From an uncultured Actinomycetota bacterium (GTDB lineage Bacteria > Actinomycetota > Humimicrobiia > Humimicrobiales > Humimicrobiaceae): 64,000 nucleotides of DNA. Position numbers and translations under genes: made by a program. The notes below the pieces were generated by a model that worked only from the letters and a program-made list of their open reading frames with translations, did not search any database and was not told where the DNA came from. The DNA is taken from positions 14,579 to 78,578 of the forward strand of contig CAYPYW010000005.1 in assembly GCA_964415365.1 (NCBI GenBank). The letters are read 5' to 3'. This document shows, in pieces, positions 57,859-64,000 of this stretch. Positions within the stretch are counted from its first letter, which is position 1. Each line of letters opens with the position of its first letter.

Positions 57859-60264
57859 TTGAAAGTAACATTAAACTGGATAAGTGAATTTTTAGATGCA
57901 AACTCACTTGAGCCGGAGGATATCGCCAATGCTTTGACTATGAGCGGAACCGAAGTTAAAAAGATTGAATATGTAGGCGGTAAATATAAGGATATAATTG
58001 TGGGAAAGATTGTTGATTTCTCTCCTCACCCGGGTGCCGATAAATTATCTCTATGCAAAGTTGATATAGGATCAAGCAAGCTAAGTATAGTCTGCGGTGC
58101 TAAAAATTTTAAAAAAGAAGACAGAGTTGCAGTAGCACTGCCTGGAGCAAAGATTAAAGATACCACCATAAGAAAAAGCAAGATAAGGGATCAGGTTTCT
58201 GAAGGAATGATGTGTTCCGAAATGGAATTAGGCCTTTCTTCCGAGTCAGAAGGCATAATGATTCTGGGCAACGAGTGTAAAGTAGGTGATAGTTTCTCAA
58301 AATCAGTCGGTCTGGATGATATTGTCCTGGAACTTGAGATTACGCCAAATAGGCCTGATTGTCTGAGTGTGATAGGAATTGCCAGAGAAATAAGTGCCTT
58401 GACTGGTGTTAAACTTATAATTCCTGGCTATGATTCTCAGAAAAAATCGAAAAAAGATTCCGCTTTTGATATTGAGATAAAAGACTATAACCTCTGTCCC
58501 AGGTATTCGGCAAGAATTTTCAGAAACATACCGGATGCTGAATCGCCTCAATGGCTTAAAAACAGACTTGTCCTCTGTGATGTAAGGCCTGTGGATTTGA
58601 TTGTTGACCTTACTAATTATGTAATGCTGGAGACCGGCCAGCCGCTGCATGCTTTTGACAAAGACCGGTTATACTCAGATAAAATTATAGTAAGAAGGGC
58701 TATAAAAAGAGAAAAGATAAGAACAATCGATGACTCTGTAAGAATCCTGGGTGAAGACGCACTGGTAATAGCAGACGAGGAAAAAGCAGTAGCTATTGCT
58801 GGCATAATGGGAGGAAAAGATACGGAAATTAATCAGGATACAAAAAACGTGCTGCTGGAGTCAGCTAATTTCTATGGGCCATCTATAATGAGAACCTCTA
58901 AAAAGATTGGACTCAGGTCGGAAGCTTCAAACAGGTTTGAGAAGAAAATTGACCCGATACTTACCGTATTTGCAATTAAAAGATTTGAAGATTTATTAAA
59001 GAAAGTGGCAGGTTTTAGAGCAGAAGGATGCATATATGATAATTACAGGGAAGCAGACCGGGAAAGAAAAATTAACTTAAGAATAGGTAGAGTCGGTCAG
59101 ATTCTGGGGAAGGACATAGATAAGAAACTGATATCTGACATTTTTACAGGTTTAAAGATTAATAACAGAGTAAAAGATAATATTATAGAAGTGACCATCC
59201 CTTCCTTTAGGTATGAAGACCTTGAAAGGGAGATCGATCTTATTGAAGAAGTGGCAAGAATTTACGGATACGATAAACTGGATTCTATTCCTACTGCAGC
59301 CAGTGACAGACGTGGAAAATATAGTCCATATCAGAAGGTAATTAGAGATATCAGACAGGCCCTCTGTGATATTGGGCTGAACGAAGTCATAAATTATTCT
59401 TTCACTAACACTGAAACACTTGAGAGACTTAAATTAAACCTGGAAGAAGAATATAAAGATAGTGTGGAGATATTAAATCCTATTAATGAAGATTTCAAGC
59501 TGTTAAGGACAACACTTCTTACGGCACTTATGAAAAATGTTAAAGATAATATCAATCATAATATAAAGGATATCGGAATATTTGAGATATCAAAAATCTT
59601 TAGGAAAAAAAGTTCCGGTAAACTACCTTTTGAGGTGAATATGCTCGGAGTTATTTTAACCGGAAAAGTATTACAAAAGGGATGGAATGAAAGGGAGAGA
59701 GCTTTTGATTTTTATGATTTGAAAGGCATTCTGGAATTTATATGCGGTAAATACTATCCTTACGGCAGTCTTAAGATAGAAGAAGGAAAGTATGGGTTTT
59801 TTCACCCTGGAATCAGTGGGAACATAAGTATTGATGGTAAAAATATGGGAATAATCGGGATGATCCATCCATTAATAATAGAAGAAACCGAAATAGATCA
59901 GAAAGTGTATTATATGGAATTGGATATGGATGAATTTATAAATAATATAAAGGAAATAATAGAGTATAAGTCTATACCGGTATTTCCCTCTATAGGCATT
60001 GACCTTGCAATCGTGGTTGATGATAAAATAAAAAATAAAGAAATTATTGATGAAATAAAGGAAAGTGGAACCGAGTTGCTTAAAAAGGTAAAGCTTTTTG
60101 ATATATATAGAGGGGAGCAGATAGATAAGAATAAAAAAAGTATGGCATATTCTTTAAGTTTTAGAGATAACAGCAGGACCTTAAAGGATACAGAAGTAGA
60201 GATAATAGTAAACAGGATACTGGAAAATTTAGGCAAGAAATTTAATGCAAAGATTAGAGAATAG
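57859..60264 (+). CDS. pheT: Phenylalanyl-tRNA synthetase beta subunit
   Basis: MKVTLNWISEFLD N-terminus (TTG start). tRNA-binding, B3/B4, B5 and FDX-ACB regions are recognisable. Length 801 aa. Confidence 0.95.
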   Translation: MKVTLNWISEFLDANSLEPEDIANALTMSGTEVKKIEYVGGKYKDIIVGKIVDFSPHPGADKLSLCKVDIGSSKLSIVCGAKNFKKEDRVAVALPGAKIKDTTIRKSKIRDQVSEGMMCSEMELGLSSESEGIMILGNECKVGDSFSKSVGLDDIVLELEITPNRPDCLSVIGIAREISALTGVKLIIPGYDSQKKSKKDSAFDIEIKDYNLCPRYSARIFRNIPDAESPQWLKNRLVLCDVRPVDLIVDLTNYVMLETGQPLHAFDKDRLYSDKIIVRRAIKREKIRTIDDSVRILGEDALVIADEEKAVAIAGIMGGKDTEINQDTKNVLLESANFYGPSIMRTSKKIGLRSEASNRFEKKIDPILTVFAIKRFEDLLKKVAGFRAEGCIYDNYREADRERKINLRIGRVGQILGKDIDKKLISDIFTGLKINNRVKDNIIEVTIPSFRYEDLEREIDLIEEVARIYGYDKLDSIPTAASDRRGKYSPYQKVIRDIRQALCDIGLNEVINYSFTNTETLERLKLNLEEEYKDSVEILNPINEDFKLLRTTLLTALMKNVKDNINHNIKDIGIFEISKIFRKKSSGKLPFEVNMLGVILTGKVLQKGWNERERAFDFYDLKGILEFICGKYYPYGSLKIEEGKYGFFHPGISGNISIDGKNMGIIGMIHPLIIEETEIDQKVYYMELDMDEFINNIKEIIEYKSIPVFPSIGIDLAIVVDDKIKNKEIIDEIKESGTELLKKVKLFDIYRGEQIDKNKKSMAYSLSFRDNSRTLKDTEVEIIVNRILENLGKKFNAKIRE

Positions 60265-60271
60265 ACAGTAA

Positions 60272-61000
60272 ATGATAGTGGAATTTCCAGGTACAAGAGG
60301 TGAAATTGAGGAAAGCAGCAGCATACATCAATATCATTCATCTCTTGTTATTAAATATAAAAAAACCAGCACACTGGTTGACTTTGGAACAAAATATAAC
60401 CCACAATTAATAAAAAGTATAGCCGATTTTAACTTTATTTTGATAACACATGCCCACCCTGACCATTATATATGGACAGTTGAGGAAGAGAACAGGATAA
60501 ACATTCCGGTTTACCTTACAAAAGTTGCTCTTGATTACGGTAAATATAAGCCTTTGAATTACAGAATTATTGAGAGTAGTAGAGAGTACAGGCTTAAAGA
60601 CCTGCAGGTTACTGCATATAAAGTAATTCATTCTCTGAGGTGTCCTGCGGTAGGATATAAAATTAAAGGAGATAGAACTATAATTTATGCCCCTGATATC
60701 CTGGATTTTGAAGAAGATAAGGGAGTGGTGCTGAAGAGTATTGATGTGTTGATAGCCGATGGTTCCAGTCTTAATATAAATATGGCGAGATACAGAGAAG
60801 GGAAGTTATTCGGTCATACCAGAATTAAGACTATAATAGGGTGGTGTAAGAAGTACGATATAAGCCGCTTGATTGTAACCCATTGCGGAAAGCAGATAGT
60901 AACAATGGATAAGGAGGAACTGGCAAAAAAACTGCAGGAATATGCAGAGGAAAAGGTTGATGTAACTATGGCTTATGACGGGTACAGGATAGAAATATAA
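60272..61000 (+). CDS. MBL-fold metallo-hydrolase
   Basis: ILITHAHPDHY (HxHxDH motif). Length 242 aa. Confidence 0.75.
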   Translation: MIVEFPGTRGEIEESSSIHQYHSSLVIKYKKTSTLVDFGTKYNPQLIKSIADFNFILITHAHPDHYIWTVEEENRINIPVYLTKVALDYGKYKPLNYRIIESSREYRLKDLQVTAYKVIHSLRCPAVGYKIKGDRTIIYAPDILDFEEDKGVVLKSIDVLIADGSSLNINMARYREGKLFGHTRIKTIIGWCKKYDISRLIVTHCGKQIVTMDKEELAKKLQEYAEEKVDVTMAYDGYRIEI

Positions 61001-61357
61001 TAGTTTTACTTTTATAAAACTTAAAAAACCTGGAGAAAACTTTAGGAATTTAAAAATCAAACGGGTAAGAAAAACTTCTTACCCGTTTTTGACGCTGCAT
61101 TGCTTTTTAGTTTTGTTTTAAGGTCGGGTGATCACCTCCTTTAAAATCCTAAATGAAGTTAGTTTCAATAGCTGTAACTTCTTTAGGGTCCGTATGCTAC
61201 TTTTCCGGCATCTGCTTTTTTATTTTAGCAAAGGATAATGAAGATTTTCTGGAGATTTAATGAAGAGTTTTTAAAAAAAATATACAAAATACTTACTCCA
61301 GAATTTCTACATTTTTTTTTAATATAATTTCCCCAAAAATTAAAAAAGAGAGGGGAA

Positions 61358-62779
61358 ATGTTTAAAAATAAAAGGAAAATTATTTTTTTGATAGCTTCTG
61401 TGTTTGTTCTCCTTTTAATTTCAGTTATTTCCTTTTCCTGTATGGGAATGGGTCCTTTTTCTGGCTCAGCAAATAATGTGGCTGATGAGGGTATTGAAAC
61501 ATTTGAGGTTCAGAGAGGTGATATTTACCAGCTTATTTCAACCACAGGAGCGGTAGATTCTGAGGCTCTGAATACATATACAACCACAGCTTCGGGAGAG
61601 ATACTTTCTGCCCTGGAAAAAGGAGATACTTTTAAAGAAGGGGATACACTGGTGGAAATCGATAATTCAGAAGGTATGCTTCAGCTGGAGAGAATTGAAA
61701 AAGATCTGGAGCTTTCGGAAATTTCTCTAAAAGCAGCGAAGTCAAATTATCAGGACGCTCTGGATGCAAATCATATTTCGGTCCAACTGACGGATCTTAA
61801 TACCGAAAAAGCAGAGGAGTCTGCAAAAAGCGCACTTAACTCACTGGAAAGTGCTAATAAAAGTGCAGAACTCTCATACGAGAGTGCCGAGAGTGCATTA
61901 AAAGAAGCAAAAGAAGCTCTGTCAAGGGCCAAGAAGGATCCTGCTACTACTTCCGAGCAGCTAGATCAATATAAGTCAAATGTCGAATCGGCAGAAGAGC
62001 AACTTGAATCCGCAGAAATATCAGGTGAGTCTTCTGCATCTCAAGCAGAATCTTCTTACAATCAATCACTTCTTAGTCAGTCCTCTACTTACTGGAGCAA
62101 TTTATCGAGTCTCCAGTCAGCAGAGTCACAGATCAGATCGACTTTAAATAGTATAAGTCAGGCAGAGATACAATTAGAACTTGCTCAAATGGATTATGAG
62201 GAAGTTAAAGAAGGGCTTGATGATTATATATTATATGCTCCTTATAATGGAACTGTTGTTTCATCTGATTTCGAGGTGGGTAACCAAAGTGGTGGTAATA
62301 CAATATCAATAATCAGCGATAGCTTTTTGGTGAACGCAACCGTAGGTGAGACTGACATCACAAAGGTTTCGGCAGGCAATGAAGCATATATTACTCTGGA
62401 TGCCTATCCGGACAGTCAGTTTTCGGGAGAAGTGGAAAAAATCGTATCTGTTGCTGAAGAAGAGGGTAATATAGTTTCTTTCGGAATTATAGTTAAATTT
62501 AGCGGTACTGAAGACACCCAGATGTACTACGGACTTTCAGCTGATGTTGATATCGTGGTTGGAAAGGCTGAGGATGTTTTATATGTACCTATTCAGGCGG
62601 TATATACTGAAAACGGGAAAAGTTATGTAGATCTTTTAACATCGGAACAGATAGACTCCGAAAATATTACACAAGCAGTAAAGAAAGTAGAGGTTACTAC
62701 TGGCATAAATGATTACTCTTATATAGAAATAATTTCCGGACTGAAAGATGGAGATGTAATTGTAACTTCTAGAATATAA
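61358..62779 (+). CDS. Efflux transporter periplasmic adaptor (HlyD/MacA-like) with long low-complexity coiled-coil insertion
   Basis: N-terminal TM/lipoprotein-like signal. Long ESAE/S-rich helical hairpin. C-terminal beta-barrel motifs (YILYAPYNGTVVS, VLYVPIQAV). Confidence 0.75.
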   Translation: MFKNKRKIIFLIASVFVLLLISVISFSCMGMGPFSGSANNVADEGIETFEVQRGDIYQLISTTGAVDSEALNTYTTTASGEILSALEKGDTFKEGDTLVEIDNSEGMLQLERIEKDLELSEISLKAAKSNYQDALDANHISVQLTDLNTEKAEESAKSALNSLESANKSAELSYESAESALKEAKEALSRAKKDPATTSEQLDQYKSNVESAEEQLESAEISGESSASQAESSYNQSLLSQSSTYWSNLSSLQSAESQIRSTLNSISQAEIQLELAQMDYEEVKEGLDDYILYAPYNGTVVSSDFEVGNQSGGNTISIISDSFLVNATVGETDITKVSAGNEAYITLDAYPDSQFSGEVEKIVSVAEEEGNIVSFGIIVKFSGTEDTQMYYGLSADVDIVVGKAEDVLYVPIQAVYTENGKSYVDLLTSEQIDSENITQAVKKVEVTTGINDYSYIEIISGLKDGDVIVTSRI

Positions 62780-62805
62780 TAAATAGTACAGAAAGATAGA
62801 TAAGA

Positions 62806-63582
62806 ATGGATAAAAAAATTATAAGTGTTAAAGATGTTATCAAGGTATATAAAATTGGCAGTATAAGAGTAAAGGCTTTAAGTGGGATTGACCTTGAAGT
62901 TAACCAGGGTGAATTCCTGGCTATAATGGGGCCTTCAGGATCGGGAAAATCTACTCTTATGAACATACTGGGCTGCCTGGACACTCCTACTTCAGGATCA
63001 TATACATTGGAGGATGAGGATGTTTCTAAATTAAGTGATAATCAGCTGGCGGAGATTAGAAATAAAAAAATCGGGTTTGTATTTCAAACTTTTAATTTGC
63101 TATCCAGAATTAATATCACAGGAAATGTTGAACTTCCCTTAATCTATTCAAAAGGGAAGATACTGGTACACAGGAAGGATTTGATAGGCGAGGTAATAGA
63201 TTCTGTTGGGCTGACTGAGTGGGTAAGGCACAGACCTAACGAACTGTCAGGAGGCCAGAGACAGAGAGTGGCAATTGCCAGAGCCCTGGTTAATAATCCT
63301 GCTGTAATACTTGCGGATGAGCCAACCGGTAATCTGGATTCCAGAACCGGCGAGGAGATAATGGCTATTTTCCAGAACCTTAACAGGAAGGGTATAACTA
63401 TTCTCTTTGTAACTCATGAAATAGATCTGGCAAGACATGCCAGGAGAATAATTTATTTAAAAGATGGTATTATAACCGGGGGAGAAATTATAGAAAATCC
63501 AGTAGATGCACAAAAAAAGCTGGAGAGTATGCCAAAACTGGAAGATAAAATAAACGGTATAGTGGAGAATGCCTTGATATGA
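62806..63582 (+). CDS. MacB/FtsE-type ABC transporter ATP-binding protein
   Basis: [49 protein letters not shown]. Confidence 0.88.
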   Translation: MDKKIISVKDVIKVYKIGSIRVKALSGIDLEVNQGEFLAIMGPSGSGKSTLMNILGCLDTPTSGSYTLEDEDVSKLSDNQLAEIRNKKIGFVFQTFNLLSRINITGNVELPLIYSKGKILVHRKDLIGEVIDSVGLTEWVRHRPNELSGGQRQRVAIARALVNNPAVILADEPTGNLDSRTGEEIMAIFQNLNRKGITILFVTHEIDLARHARRIIYLKDGIITGGEIIENPVDAQKKLESMPKLEDKINGIVENALI

Positions 63583-64000
63583 GAAGGATATTTGAGAATA
63601 TAAAAATTGCTTTTAAGTCTCTGGCTTTAAATAAGCTAAGAGCATTTCTGACAATGCTTGGAATTATAATTGGGGTAGGTTCTGTAGTTGCAGTTATGTC
63701 AATAGGTGCGGGTGCTGAAGCTTCCATAACTGAAAACATACAGAGCATGGGTACCAACGTCATTACCATTACTCCAGGTAGAGAACAGGCATTTACGGGT
63801 AATAGAGAGGTAGCTACAGCTGGATCCAATACAAGTCGGTCAAGTAGTGTAGAAGTCAGGAGCGAGTCACCGGATGGAGGGCAGCAGGGAGGTGGCTTTA
63901 TTGGTGGATTTGAAAGCGAGGAAGAGGATGAAGATATAGTAGCAGGAGATTTATATCTGGAAGATGCCGAAGCTCTTGAAGAGAAAGCGAGTTTGCTGAA
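63579..64000 (+). CDS. MacB-type (FtsX-domain) ABC permease, N-terminal part; runs off the window end
   Basis: ATG overlaps the previous stop (ATATGA). [43 protein letters not shown] is the typical MacB N-terminal TM. Open frame to position 64000 with an acidic periplasmic insertion. Confidence 0.7.
   Translation, partial: MRRIFENIKIAFKSLALNKLRAFLTMLGIIIGVGSVVAVMSIGAGAEASITENIQSMGTNVITITPGREQAFTGNREVATAGSNTSRSSSVEVRSESPDGGQQGGGFIGGFESEEEDEDIVAGDLYLEDAEALEEKASLL

Overview
This 64-kb window is a low-GC (about one third G+C by eye) bacterial chromosomal segment. Nearly all genes are on the + strand, and gene content looks like an anaerobic Firmicutes/Clostridia-type (possibly halophilic) organism; taxonomy is inferred only. 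Genes in order: (1) the 3' end of rapZ, then a glycolytic operon gap-pgk-tpiA-gpmI with no enolase, then secG. (2) A five-gene Opp/Dpp-type peptide ABC transporter, plus a second lipoprotein (11612-13348) that looks like a circularly permuted family-5 solute-binding protein. (3) tRNA-Leu(GAG), followed by a very AT-rich islet of about 3.7 kb (13.6-17.3 kb). It holds small basic or membrane ORFs, a 300-aa protein with a HEPN-like Rx4H motif, a TPR protein and three copies of a 34-bp direct repeat; no integrase is present. This islet is the best candidate in the window for an undescribed (defence/abortive-infection-like) module. (4) A radical-SAM enzyme (AmmeMemoRadiSam-like) and tRNA-Cys. (5) A glycerol-3-phosphate block: glpT-like transporter, glpA-like FAD dehydrogenase with two partner genes, and a GlcD/GlcF-like FAD oxidase plus CCG Fe-S protein. 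A duplicated promoter/leader of about 65 bp carrying a perfect palindrome TTTACACGTGTAAA sits upstream of glpT and of glpA. (6) A LacI-family regulator, a sugar ABC uptake system, PitA/PhoU-like, and an eight-gene sugar/polyol catabolic cluster (PHP phosphoesterase, sugar-phosphate isomerase, PfkB kinase, GatZ/KbaZ-like, Gfo/Idh/MocA, FGGY kinase, Fe-ADH/glycerol dehydrogenase-like, transaldolase). (7) ABC-2 ATPase plus putative exporter permease, a PAS-GGDEF(degenerate)-HD-GYP protein, and a thiol-redox trio (cyclophilin-like, glutaredoxin-like, FTR catalytic domain-rubredoxin fusion). (8) dinB with a Cheo-like SOS box; tRNA-Gly; thrS; a stand-alone radical-SAM/SPASM enzyme inserted before infC-rpmI-rplT-pheST; an MBL hydrolase; and a MacAB-like efflux system running off the window end. 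No CRISPR array, rRNA, transposase or integrase was recognised.
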